A stretch of DNA of 64,000 nucleotides from contig CAWGTN010000003.1 in NCBI GenBank assembly GCA_963825525.1, forward strand, positions 64,001 to 128,000, in the 5' to 3' direction. The notes beneath the pieces were generated by a model. That model saw only the letters and a program-made list of their open reading frames with translations. It was not told the DNA's origin and made no database searches. This stretch comes from an uncultured Chloroflexia bacterium. Lineage in GTDB: Bacteria > Chloroflexota > Limnocylindria > QHBO01. The translations under genes were made by a program, and so were the position numbers. Of this stretch, positions 1 to 8,865 are shown piece after piece (within the stretch, counting starts at the first letter, position 1; every line of letters begins with the position of its first letter).

Positions 1-1221
1 GAGGTCGCGGAAGAGGCGGGGGCAAGCGGCGAGGTTGCCCGCGCGTACTTGAACCTCAACTACGCCCTCTGGTCGACGGGCCACGTTCACGAAGCGCTAG
101 AGATCGCGCAGGAGGGAATCCGGCACGCCCAAAGCCAGGGTGCGGAGTGGACGTGGGGCGTCACCTTGATGGCGGCCGTGGGAGAGCTCCTCTATGACCT
201 CGGTCGCTGGACGGAGGCCGAGACGATGTTCCACGCCACGGCGGAGCGCCAAGCCTCAGGCACCGCGGAGATCGATTTTAGACGTTCCCTCGCCCAGCTT
301 CGCATTGGGCAGGGCAGGCTGGACGAAGCGCGCGTGGAGATCCAACAGATGGACCGCCTGACTGAGTCGCTCGATCTGGCCGAGCACTCCACCTGGCAGG
401 GATTTCTCCATGCGTCGCTCGCGGCGTGGTCCGGGGACTGGCGGGCCGCTCGGTCAGCCGCCGACGCGGCCATGGCTCAGATGCCGCCCGATGACCTCCC
501 GTTCGAGGTTCCGCGACTTGCCGCTCTGGCCATCCGTGCCGACGCGGAGCTTGCGCTCCTTGCCGACGCGCATCGCAATCCGGGCCGTGCGGCAGAGGCA
601 CGTGAACGGGCAGCTCGAACGGTCGAGATCGTCGAGCAGCTGGCCTCCACGCCGTCGGCCGCCGGAAATGTGCGACTTGCTGCCCAGGTCGCCCTCGTCA
701 TGGCCGAGTCGTCGCGAGCCAGTGCCCTGTCCGATGCCGCCGCATGGGCTGACGCCACACGGTTGTTCGACGCGATTCCAATGCCGTTCGAAGCCGCATA
801 TTGTCGGCTTCGTCACGCGGAGGTCCTCCTCGCGGAGCGGAAGCGCATGGTGGCGAGCGAGCTCCTCCATAAGGCGCACAAAGCCGCCGCGGGGTTGGGT
901 GCAGCGGTGCTTGTTCATGAGATCAGCGGACTGGCGGCGCGTGCGAGGATCGACCTTGCGACGCAGCCGGCCCCGGAACGGGAGGTAGCGGCGGACGTGG
1001 CCAATCCGTTCGGCCTCACGGTCCGTGAGCTGGAGGTCCTTCGACTCTTGAGCCAGGGTCGTACCAATCGGCAGGTCGCGGCGGAGCTCTTCATCACCGT
1101 GAAGACCGCCAGCCTCCACGTCTCGAACATCTTGTCCAAGCTGGGCGTCGCGAACCGGGTCGAAGCGGCCGGTGTGGCCCATCGGCTGGGGCTCGACACG
1201 GCGGTCCAACTCCCGTCCTAG
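1..1221 (+). CDS. MalT/LAL-type LuxR-family regulator (TPR-like region plus C-terminal HTH), 5'-partial
   Basis: C-terminal LuxR HTH (LTVRELEVLRLLSQGRTNRQVAAELFITVKTASLHVSNILSKLGV); frame is open from base 1. Confidence 0.9.
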   Translation, partial: EVAEEAGASGEVARAYLNLNYALWSTGHVHEALEIAQEGIRHAQSQGAEWTWGVTLMAAVGELLYDLGRWTEAETMFHATAERQASGTAEIDFRRSLAQLRIGQGRLDEARVEIQQMDRLTESLDLAEHSTWQGFLHASLAAWSGDWRAARSAADAAMAQMPPDDLPFEVPRLAALAIRADAELALLADAHRNPGRAAEARERAARTVEIVEQLASTPSAAGNVRLAAQVALVMAESSRASALSDAAAWADATRLFDAIPMPFEAAYCRLRHAEVLLAERKRMVASELLHKAHKAAAGLGAAVLVHEISGLAARARIDLATQPAPEREVAADVANPFGLTVRELEVLRLLSQGRTNRQVAAELFITVKTASLHVSNILSKLGVANRVEAAGVAHRLGLDTAVQLPS

Positions 1222-1350
1222 GCATGCCCGGAGCCGAGAACTGGGCGTCGGGGCAGCCATGTTGCTGGGCATCCGCCCGAGGCGATGTCGCGTCGTTGCC
1301 GGTCCTATGGGTCTCACGCCAATCGGCGTCGTACCAATGGAGGGCTCGAC

Positions 1351-2436
1351 ATGGGCGACCGGCTTCATCGATGGCGCGGACACCGCGTCATCAGCTTCGT
1401 CTCGGCGGTGGTACTCGTGATAGTCACGGGAGGGACAGCCCTTGCCCACGCACCGATCAGCGGACAGAAGGCCTACGCGGACTATCTCGACCTGCCGTAC
1501 CGTTTCGCGACCGGCACCCCGACGTGGGTGTCTTCGACCGTCCGGACCGTCTTCGAGACCGACTACCCCGACGCGAACTACAACAACACGCGGATGCCGC
1601 AGTTCGTGTACTCCACCAGCGCTGCGGCCCACGTCTGGTTCGTCGCCGACTCGACGTCGCCATGCAGTGGGTCAGACACATGGCTCATGTGCGCGGACAA
1701 CGACTGGGACGGCGACGGCAACCGGGCCGAGCAGGATTGGCGGATCTACGTTCGCGACGTTGAGAACGCCCCGGTCTACTTCAGTGGAACGCGTGCGGCC
1801 TGGCTACAGCAGACCGGCGCGTGCCCGTCCGGGCGGTTGTGCTTCGATGCGCGCCGTGCCTTCATCCACGAGATCCTCCATGTGACGCTCAGCGCTCCGC
1901 ACAACGAACAGGGCCAGGCGTATTCCGTGATGTCGGCGGCGACGCCGAACAGCCCGAAGAGTGGGTGGAACATCCACCACATCCAGCCCTGCGACGAGGC
2001 CGCCGCACAGCTGCTGTACGACCTCTCCTACACCGGCGGGCAGTACTCCGACTGCTTCGACCACCTGGCCAATGCCGTTTCTCAGGGTCTCGACAGCAAC
2101 CTCACCGTGGGAGCATCCGGCTACGGCGACTGCCTCGGAACCGGCGTCACGGCGAGCGGACGCCTGGAGATCACCAATTACAGCAGCTACAAGTTGCTCG
2201 CCGCAAATCCACTGACAAACCGCTCGATCTCCATTGACCGACGGCTCAAGGGATCGACGACCTGGACCACCATCACGACCGCGGTGGCCTCCAGCGCCTC
2301 CGGAAACAACTGGTCCAAGGTCTTCTCGTCAACCAGCGCGGGAACCTGGGAGTACCGCGCGCGATACCTCGGAGAGTCCGGTGTTGGACCGGCCACCTCG
2401 GCGATCTTCACGATCACATGGACCAAGGCATGTTGA
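1351..2436 (+). CDS. Secreted metzincin-like zinc metalloprotease with C-terminal beta-rich domain
   Basis: GGAGG RBS before ATG 1351; signal peptide ending TALA; HEILHVTLSAPH zinc motif; Met-turn YSVMS; several Cys. Confidence 0.65.
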   Translation: MGDRLHRWRGHRVISFVSAVVLVIVTGGTALAHAPISGQKAYADYLDLPYRFATGTPTWVSSTVRTVFETDYPDANYNNTRMPQFVYSTSAAAHVWFVADSTSPCSGSDTWLMCADNDWDGDGNRAEQDWRIYVRDVENAPVYFSGTRAAWLQQTGACPSGRLCFDARRAFIHEILHVTLSAPHNEQGQAYSVMSAATPNSPKSGWNIHHIQPCDEAAAQLLYDLSYTGGQYSDCFDHLANAVSQGLDSNLTVGASGYGDCLGTGVTASGRLEITNYSSYKLLAANPLTNRSISIDRRLKGSTTWTTITTAVASSASGNNWSKVFSSTSAGTWEYRARYLGESGVGPATSAIFTITWTKAC

Positions 2437-2461
2437 TGACTCGACTCATCGACTGAACGGC

Positions 2462-2491
2462 AGACGCCCGGGGCACGCGCCTCGGGCGTCT
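2462..2491 (+). terminator. GC-rich hairpin downstream of the protease gene
   Basis: agacgcccggggc-acgc-gcctcgggcgtct; no U-tract. Confidence 0.5.
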
Positions 2492-2810
2492 CCGCGGCGC
2501 TACCTCAAGGGCGGGCACTTCTTCGACACTTCGATGAGTTTTCCACCGGGATGGGTGCCGAGGCGCGGTTCCCGCGATCTATCGAGGGCTACCGAGCGTG
2601 AGATGCGCATCGGCGTGCAGTTTCTCGCGCCACACCCACTCGATCTATCGAGGATTCGGCGCGTCCACAAGCTCCCTCAGGGAGTGCGAGATGCTCGGCT
2701 TCCTCCTGTCGGCGGGCATCTCCCGCTCTCACCAGTACCACGAACGGTCCACCACGAGATCGACATCGGTCCCATTGGACGGTCACCGGATTGAGGTTCA
2801 TGCTGGTCCA

Positions 2811-3302
2811 ATGCGCATCGGACGTGTGCTCCTCGGAGCGCTTCTTCTCACACTGACCATCGCGTCACCGGCACCGGCGCCCGTGGCCGCAGACAATGGC
2901 CTCCACGCGAAGGTGGCGGCGGCCTACTTCCCGCGGTACGCGGATTCCGAGCTCCATGCGATCGCGCACGAGCGTGTCGCAGAGCTGGCCGCGTGCCAAT
3001 GCCTCAGCCACGACGGCGCACGGGGCGGTGCGGAGGTGATCGGCTACAACAGTGGCATGCCCGATCCGGCCGGCTCCGTGGTGAGGGCGTGGCAGAACAG
3101 CGCAGGGCACCACGCGATCCTGTCGGACACCTCCTACGGACGCATCGGCTGCGCGGAGCTGAATGACGGGACGCGCCACTGGTTCGCTTGCGTGCTGGCC
3201 CGCGGACCGCTGCCGCCGGCGGTTGCAGCGGCCCCACCACCGCCAGCCACCACCAACCCCGGGCCGATCCTGCTGCCGAACACGGCGCTGCCGGCTCCCT
3301 GA
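2811..3302 (+). CDS. Secreted CAP/SCP-domain protein with Pro-rich tail
   Basis: Signal peptide; AEVIGYN...VVRAWQNSAGHHAIL...RIGCA CAP motifs. Confidence 0.8.
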   Translation: MRIGRVLLGALLLTLTIASPAPAPVAADNGLHAKVAAAYFPRYADSELHAIAHERVAELAACQCLSHDGARGGAEVIGYNSGMPDPAGSVVRAWQNSAGHHAILSDTSYGRIGCAELNDGTRHWFACVLARGPLPPAVAAAPPPPATTNPGPILLPNTALPAP

Positions 3303-3303
3303 G

Positions 3304-3669
3304 GTGACCGGATCCGAGGCGATCGACGCCTATCTGGCCGCTCAGCCGGAGCCCCAGCGCCAGGCACTCGAGCGCCTCCGCAGCCTCATTCTGTCGCTCG
3401 TTCCCGAAGCCGAGCAGACGATCAGCTACGCCATTCCGGCATTCAAGCTCAACGGCAAGGGCGTCATCTGGATTGCCGGATGGAAGGCTCACTGCAGCAT
3501 CTATCCGCTGTCCGATGCGTTTCTCGAGGCGCACCGTCGCGAGCTGGACGGATACGGCATCGGCAAGGGAACGCTGCGCTTTCCCCCGGATGGGCCTCCG
3601 CCGGATGCGCTTCTGATGGCCCTCGTGAAGGACCGACTGACGGAGATCGCTGCCGAGTCGGCAGGCTGA
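3304..3669 (+). CDS. DUF1801 (YdhG-like) protein
   Basis: IDAYLAAQP..LERLRSLILSLVPEAEQTISYAIPAFK...HCSIYP...GKGTLRFP. Confidence 0.85.
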   Translation: MTGSEAIDAYLAAQPEPQRQALERLRSLILSLVPEAEQTISYAIPAFKLNGKGVIWIAGWKAHCSIYPLSDAFLEAHRRELDGYGIGKGTLRFPPDGPPPDALLMALVKDRLTEIAAESAG

Positions 3670-3673
3670 CCGC

Positions 3674-4135
3674 CTACTCCTCGCCGATGTCCTCGTTCCA
3701 GATATCGGGGTGGGTCGCGATGAACTCGTTCATGAGGTCCACGCACTCCTGGGAGTCGAGGTTGATCACCTCCACGCCCCGCTGCCGCAGATAGTCCTCG
3801 CCGCCCACGAACGTCCGGTTCTCGCCCATCACCACGCGTGGAATCCCGTAGAGCAGGATCGCGCCGGTGCACATGTCGCACGGCGAGAGGGTCGTGTACA
3901 TCGTCGACTGCCGGTAGACCGACGCGGGCAGCCGCCCGCCATTCTCGAGGGCGTCGGTCTCGCCATGGCGGATTGCGCTGTTGTGCTGGACGCGGCGGTT
4001 GTGGCCGACGGCCAGCACGGTGCCGTCATCGGCGACCAGGGCGCCGCCGATCGGGACTCCACCCTCATCACGCCCGATCTTTGCCTGCTCAATGGCGTGC
4101 TGCAGTCCGGCATGGTCGCGGTCAACGGTCTCCAT
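3674..4135 (-). CDS. Cytosine/nucleoside deaminase (CDA fold, FCY1-like)
   Basis: EGGVPIG, HGE and PCDMC zinc motifs; AGGAGG RBS. Confidence 0.9.
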   Translation of the reverse strand: METVDRDHAGLQHAIEQAKIGRDEGGVPIGGALVADDGTVLAVGHNRRVQHNSAIRHGETDALENGGRLPASVYRQSTMYTTLSPCDMCTGAILLYGIPRVVMGENRTFVGGEDYLRQRGVEVINLDSQECVDLMNEFIATHPDIWNEDIGEE

Positions 4136-4155
4136 CGGTCCTCCTGTGGGGTTGG

Positions 4156-5070
4156 TCAGCTGCGTCGGTATGGCTTCAGATAGGCGCCGGGATAGGCGAC
4201 GTTGCGGCCCGACAGGGCCAGGGCGGCGATCACCACCAGGTAGGGGAGCGCGAGCAGCAGCTCGAAGGGCAGCGCGCTGAACTCCGGCAGGATCCTGAGG
4301 CGGAACTGCAGCGAGAAGATGAGCGAGAAGAGGAGCGCCCCGATGACGCCGCGCCCGATCCGCCAGCGGCCGAAGATGACAAGCGCCACGCACACCCAGC
4401 CGCGGCCGGCAATGATGTCCAGGGTGAAGCTGCCGAGCAGCGCCAGCGTGATGAAGGCACCGCCGACGGCCATGAGTGCTCCGCCGATCATGATCGCCAG
4501 GTAGCGCGTGCGCGTGACGTTGACGCCGGCGGCATCGGCGGCCTCTGGGTTCTCTCCAACCGCGCGGATCTCGAGCCCGAAGCTGGATCGCTGGAGCAGC
4601 CACCAGGCCGCCGGGACCACGACGAGGAATGCAACCCAGGTCAGCGCGTACTGGTCGAAGACTGCGCCGAGCTCACCCAGAGCGCCGAACGGGTTGACGA
4701 TCGACATCGGTTCGATGCGCTGGAGCTCACCCCCCTGGAAGATCAGCCGGTTCGCGAACTCGGACAGGCCGATGAGGCCGATGGTCAGGCCGATGCCCGA
4801 GACGTGCTGGTTCGCACCGAAGGTCACCGTCAGGAGCGCCATGACGGCCCCGGCGCCGATGCCCACGGCGATCGCCGCCACCAGCCCGACGAGCGGCGAC
4901 CCGGTTGCCCAGGCCGTGGCGAAGCCGGCAAAGGCTCCCGCGTACATCGTTCCCTCGATGCCGAGGTTGAGCACGCCGCTGCGCTCCGAGTAGGTCTCGC
5001 CCACGGTCCCGTACACGAGCGGGGTCGCGTTGCGAAGCGTGGCCGCAAGGAGATCGAAGAGGAAGTTCAT
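4156..5070 (-). CDS. Nucleoside ABC transporter permease (BPD_transp_2)
   Basis: SERSGVLNLGIEG; RAVGENPEAADAAG; GRGWVCVALVIFGRW. Confidence 0.9.
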   Translation of the reverse strand: MNFLFDLLAATLRNATPLVYGTVGETYSERSGVLNLGIEGTMYAGAFAGFATAWATGSPLVGLVAAIAVGIGAGAVMALLTVTFGANQHVSGIGLTIGLIGLSEFANRLIFQGGELQRIEPMSIVNPFGALGELGAVFDQYALTWVAFLVVVPAAWWLLQRSSFGLEIRAVGENPEAADAAGVNVTRTRYLAIMIGGALMAVGGAFITLALLGSFTLDIIAGRGWVCVALVIFGRWRIGRGVIGALLFSLIFSLQFRLRILPEFSALPFELLLALPYLVVIAALALSGRNVAYPGAYLKPYRRS

Positions 5071-6134
5071 CCGGATGCCACCTCGGCCGGCGCGGTGGTG
5101 GCCGCGGGTCGTCTCGTGCGGTGGCGCCGGAGGGTGAGGAGCGCGATGGTCGTGAGCAGGAGCACGCCCTGGACGACCGCACCGAGCTGGGTGGGGATTC
5201 CCATCGTCCGTGCGGCCGAGCTGGCCCCCACCGTGAGGTCGCCCAGGAACAGTCCGGCCAGCGCCACGCCCGGCATGCTGAGCGTCCCGAGCGTGGCGAC
5301 CACGATGCCCGTGTAGCCATAGCCCGGTGACAGGCCGCTGGTGAGCCGATTCTGGATACCGGCCACCTCGCTCACGCCGGCCAGGCCGGCGATGGCACCG
5401 CTCACGAGCGCCGCCCCGAGCAGTGTCCGCGAGACGTTGATCCCGGCGAACCGGGCGCCATGGGGACTCAGTCCTGCGGCTCGCAGCCGCAGGCCCGCCG
5501 GGGTGCGCGCCAGGACGTACCAGGCAACCGCGATCACAGCGATCGCGAGCACGAATCCAAGGTGGAGCCGCGACCGATCGATGAGGGTCGGGAACTCGGC
5601 CGAGGCGGCGATCCGCTCCGACTCCGGGAAGCCGGTCGCCGGGTCGCGCCACGGACCGTGGAGCAGGCCGTTGACGAAGAGCAGCGCCACCGGGTTGAGG
5701 AGCAGCGTCGTCACCACTTCGTCGATCCCGAAGCGGACGCGCAGCAGTGCGGGCACGATGGCCCACGCGGCTCCGGCCAGAGCTCCACCCACGATCATGA
5801 TCGGCAGGGCGAGCAGCGGCGGCAGATCGCCGACCAACGTCCCGATGCCCGCGGCGGCGACCGCCCCCAGCAGCAGCTGCCCCTCCGCGCCGATGTTCCA
5901 GTACCCGGCCCGGAAGGCGATCGCGACGGCGGCACCGGTCAGCAGGATCGGTGTGGCGCTGACCAGCACCTCGAGCAGCGTGAATCCGGACGTCAGCGGC
6001 ACCACCAGGTATGCCGCGTAGGCCGCGATCGGATTGGCTCCGGCAAGGAGGATCGGCCCGGCCGTGATCAGGAACGTGATGACGACGGCGCCGGCGATCA
6101 GGACCGGCGTGGACCAGGGCGAGATGCGAGTCAT
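5067..6134 (-). CDS. Nucleoside ABC transporter permease
   Basis: FRAGYWNIGAEGQ; EVVTTLLLN; GYGYTGIVVA; stop/start overlaps with neighbours. Confidence 0.9.
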   Translation of the reverse strand: MTRISPWSTPVLIAGAVVITFLITAGPILLAGANPIAAYAAYLVVPLTSGFTLLEVLVSATPILLTGAAVAIAFRAGYWNIGAEGQLLLGAVAAAGIGTLVGDLPPLLALPIMIVGGALAGAAWAIVPALLRVRFGIDEVVTTLLLNPVALLFVNGLLHGPWRDPATGFPESERIAASAEFPTLIDRSRLHLGFVLAIAVIAVAWYVLARTPAGLRLRAAGLSPHGARFAGINVSRTLLGAALVSGAIAGLAGVSEVAGIQNRLTSGLSPGYGYTGIVVATLGTLSMPGVALAGLFLGDLTVGASSAARTMGIPTQLGAVVQGVLLLTTIALLTLRRHRTRRPAATTAPAEVASG

Positions 6135-7639
6135 GCGGCCCTGCCGCGGCCGGCCATGAGCATGCCCAGCTCGGCGAGATCCGCGCCGGACACCGGCATC
6201 GCGCCCACGATGCGTCCCTCGTACAGCACCACGAGGCGATCGGCCAAGGCCAGGAGCTCGTCGAGGTCCTCGGACACCAGGAGGATGGCCGCCCCGTCCG
6301 CACGACGGGCCAGAAGCTGGGAGCGCACGTACTCGGTGGCGCCGATGTCCAGGCCCCTGGTGGGCTGCGACACGATGATGACCCTGGGATCGCGCGACAG
6401 GACGCGAGCCAGGAGCACCTTCTGGATGTTGCCGCCGGACAGGGCCGCGACCGGGTCGTCGGGCCGGGCACGGATGTCGAAGCGCGCGATGAGGTCAGCC
6501 GCATGGTCCCCGATGCGCCGCTCGTCGATACGTCCGCCCCGTCGGAAGTCGTCGAGGTGCTCGAGTACCAGGTTGTAGGCGACCGACAGATCACCCACCA
6601 GACTCGCGTGCCGGTCCTCGGGAATGCGGCCGATCCCGGCCAGCATCATGCCCCGCGGGTCCGCGCCGGTGAGATCGGTCCCGTCGACCTCGATCCGTCC
6701 AGCGGTTGACCGACGCATGCCGGCCAGCACGTCCATGAGCTCGGTCTGGCCATTGCCGGACACTCCGGCCACGCCAACGATCTCGCCGCGCCCGACCTCG
6801 AGGCTCACGTCCTTCAACGCGGCGAGCCCGTGCGCGCCCGACGCGCTCAGCCCGCTGATCCGGAGGACCGGTGGGGTGGTGGCCGGTGGCGCATCGTCCA
6901 CGCGCTTCACTCCGAAGCTCGGCCGGCCGACCATCATGCTGGCGAGCTCGCGCTCATCGGTCTGCCCGTCGACCGTCTCGACCAGGCGCCCGCGCCGCAG
7001 GACGCTGACCCGGTCGCTGATGGCGCGCACCTCGGCCAGCTTGTGGCTGATGAACACCACCGACAGCCCGTTGGCCACCAGCGAGCGCAGCGTGGCGAAG
7101 AGCGCCTCCACCTCGCCGGGAACGAGCACGGCGGTGGGCTCATCAAGGATGAGGACCCGGCAGTCACGGGACAGCGCCTTGAGGATCTCCACGCGCTGCT
7201 GCTGGCCGACCGAGAGATCCTCGATCCGGGCATCGGGATCGACGCGCATGCCGAAGCGATCCGCGGCATCGGCCGCACCGCGCCGCGCCTCCGCCAGGTC
7301 CAGCCGCAGGCTGCTGGCTCGCCCCAGCACCAGGTTCTCGGCGACCGTCATCGGGCCGACCAGGGCGAAGTGCTGGGTCACCATCCCGACCCCGGCCTCG
7401 ATCGCGTCCTTTGGAGATCGGACGTTCAGCTGCCGGCCCGCCACGAGAATCTCGCCGGCATCGGCCTGGGTCAGTCCGTAGGCGATCCGCATGACCGTCG
7501 TCTTGCCGGCGCCGTTCTCGCCGAGGAGGGCGTGGACCTCGCCGCCGCGGACGTCGAAGTCCACGGCGTCGTTGGCGACGAGGTCACCGAATCGCTTGGT
7601 GATCCCGCGCAGCTCCAGTGCCGGAGAGGTGGCGGTCAC
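6131..7639 (-). CDS. CUT2-type ABC ATP-binding protein (two NBDs)
   Basis: GENGAGKTT; LSVGQQQRVEILKAL; LSGGNIQK; QPTRGLD. Confidence 0.95.
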   Translation of the reverse strand: MTATSPALELRGITKRFGDLVANDAVDFDVRGGEVHALLGENGAGKTTVMRIAYGLTQADAGEILVAGRQLNVRSPKDAIEAGVGMVTQHFALVGPMTVAENLVLGRASSLRLDLAEARRGAADAADRFGMRVDPDARIEDLSVGQQQRVEILKALSRDCRVLILDEPTAVLVPGEVEALFATLRSLVANGLSVVFISHKLAEVRAISDRVSVLRRGRLVETVDGQTDERELASMMVGRPSFGVKRVDDAPPATTPPVLRISGLSASGAHGLAALKDVSLEVGRGEIVGVAGVSGNGQTELMDVLAGMRRSTAGRIEVDGTDLTGADPRGMMLAGIGRIPEDRHASLVGDLSVAYNLVLEHLDDFRRGGRIDERRIGDHAADLIARFDIRARPDDPVAALSGGNIQKVLLARVLSRDPRVIIVSQPTRGLDIGATEYVRSQLLARRADGAAILLVSEDLDELLALADRLVVLYEGRIVGAMPVSGADLAELGMLMAGRGRAA

Positions 7640-7650
7640 GCGGCTGCCGG

Positions 7651-8715
7651 CTACGCGTCCGGGATGGTGGAGCCCGGAGGCGTTCCCTCGTTGATGTCGA
7701 CCCGGAACGTGCCGGCCTTGATCTCGGCCTCGCGATCCGAGACCTGGGTGGCGAGCTCGTCGGGGATGCCACCCGGCACGTCGGTGTTGATCTCGGCCAG
7801 GGCGGCGCCGCCCTTGCCGACCATCGAGAAGTCCTTGAGGTCCTGCGAGGTATAAGAGCCCGCGATGACCTGGTCGATCACATAGGCCACGGTGGGTTCC
7901 ATGTTCCAGGTCACGCTGGTCGCGACGTTGCCGGGTGCCAGGTCCTTCTGGTCGCTCATGTTGCCGATGGCGACGAGGTCGCTCTCCTGCGCCGCCTCGA
8001 TGACGCCGAATCGCTCGGCATACAGGACGTCGGCGCCAGCACCGATCTGGGCCGATGCCGCCTCCTTGGCAGCGGCGGGATCAAACCAGCTGTTGAGGAA
8101 GGTGACCTTGACCTCGACGTCCGGGTTCGTCTCCTGGGCACCGGCGATGAACGCATTGACGATGCGGTTCACCTCGGGCACGGGATAGCCGCCGACGACG
8201 CCGATGACGTTGGACTCTGTGACGCCTCCGGCGAGCATGCCGGCCAGGTACGCCGGCTCATGGATCCAGTTGTCGAAGACGCTGAAGTTCGGTTCAGCGG
8301 GCCCACCGCCCGATCCGAATACGAATGCGATATCGGGGAAGTCGGCCGCAACCGCGCGCGCGGCCTCCTCGTTGCCGAAGGCGTCGCCAAAGATGATGTC
8401 GGGCTGGTCCTGCTCGGCGGTCTCGCGCAGCACGCGTTCCATGTCGCCGGAATAGCCGATGTCGTCGGTGAACGTGTACGAGATGCGGCCGGCATCGGCC
8501 TCGGCCTGGAGGGCGCTGTGGATGACGCCGTCCCAGGGTTCCTCGATCTGGGTTGCGTAGGCGCCGAAGACGGTGACGGTGTCGCCGTCACCTCCGCCCC
8601 CGCTGGATGCGGTCCCGCCGCACGCGCTCAATAGCAGCAGTGCACTGAATGCAACGGCCAGCGGTACGCTGAACCGGCTCTGATCGGGGAGTACGTGAGT
8701 GCGTGAAACGTCCAT
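7651..8715 (-). CDS. BMP-family nucleoside-binding lipoprotein
   Basis: Lipobox LSAC; EPAYLAGMLAG; SWFDPAAAKEAA. Confidence 0.9.
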   Translation of the reverse strand: MDVSRTHVLPDQSRFSVPLAVAFSALLLLSACGGTASSGGGGDGDTVTVFGAYATQIEEPWDGVIHSALQAEADAGRISYTFTDDIGYSGDMERVLRETAEQDQPDIIFGDAFGNEEAARAVAADFPDIAFVFGSGGGPAEPNFSVFDNWIHEPAYLAGMLAGGVTESNVIGVVGGYPVPEVNRIVNAFIAGAQETNPDVEVKVTFLNSWFDPAAAKEAASAQIGAGADVLYAERFGVIEAAQESDLVAIGNMSDQKDLAPGNVATSVTWNMEPTVAYVIDQVIAGSYTSQDLKDFSMVGKGGAALAEINTDVPGGIPDELATQVSDREAEIKAGTFRVDINEGTPPGSTIPDA

Positions 8716-8865
8716 GTGACCGATACCTCATGCGGAACGGCTCGGGAGCCACAGCCGGGACCAACCGTCCTAGCCTACGCCTGTCGCGCGGTGCCCCGCC
8801 AGGGAATCTCGAAGCCGGGATGTGCGAGTTGGCCGCTGACGGAATCCGTGATGTACGGTAGGACC

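Noticed and set aside
4156-6594. 812-aa ORF
   Set aside because: The N-terminal part is an off-frame overlap of the ATPase and permease genes; the real gene starts at 5070
8716-8860. Riboswitch upstream of the nucleoside ABC operon
   Set aside because: No purine, TPP or other aptamer consensus recognisable by eye
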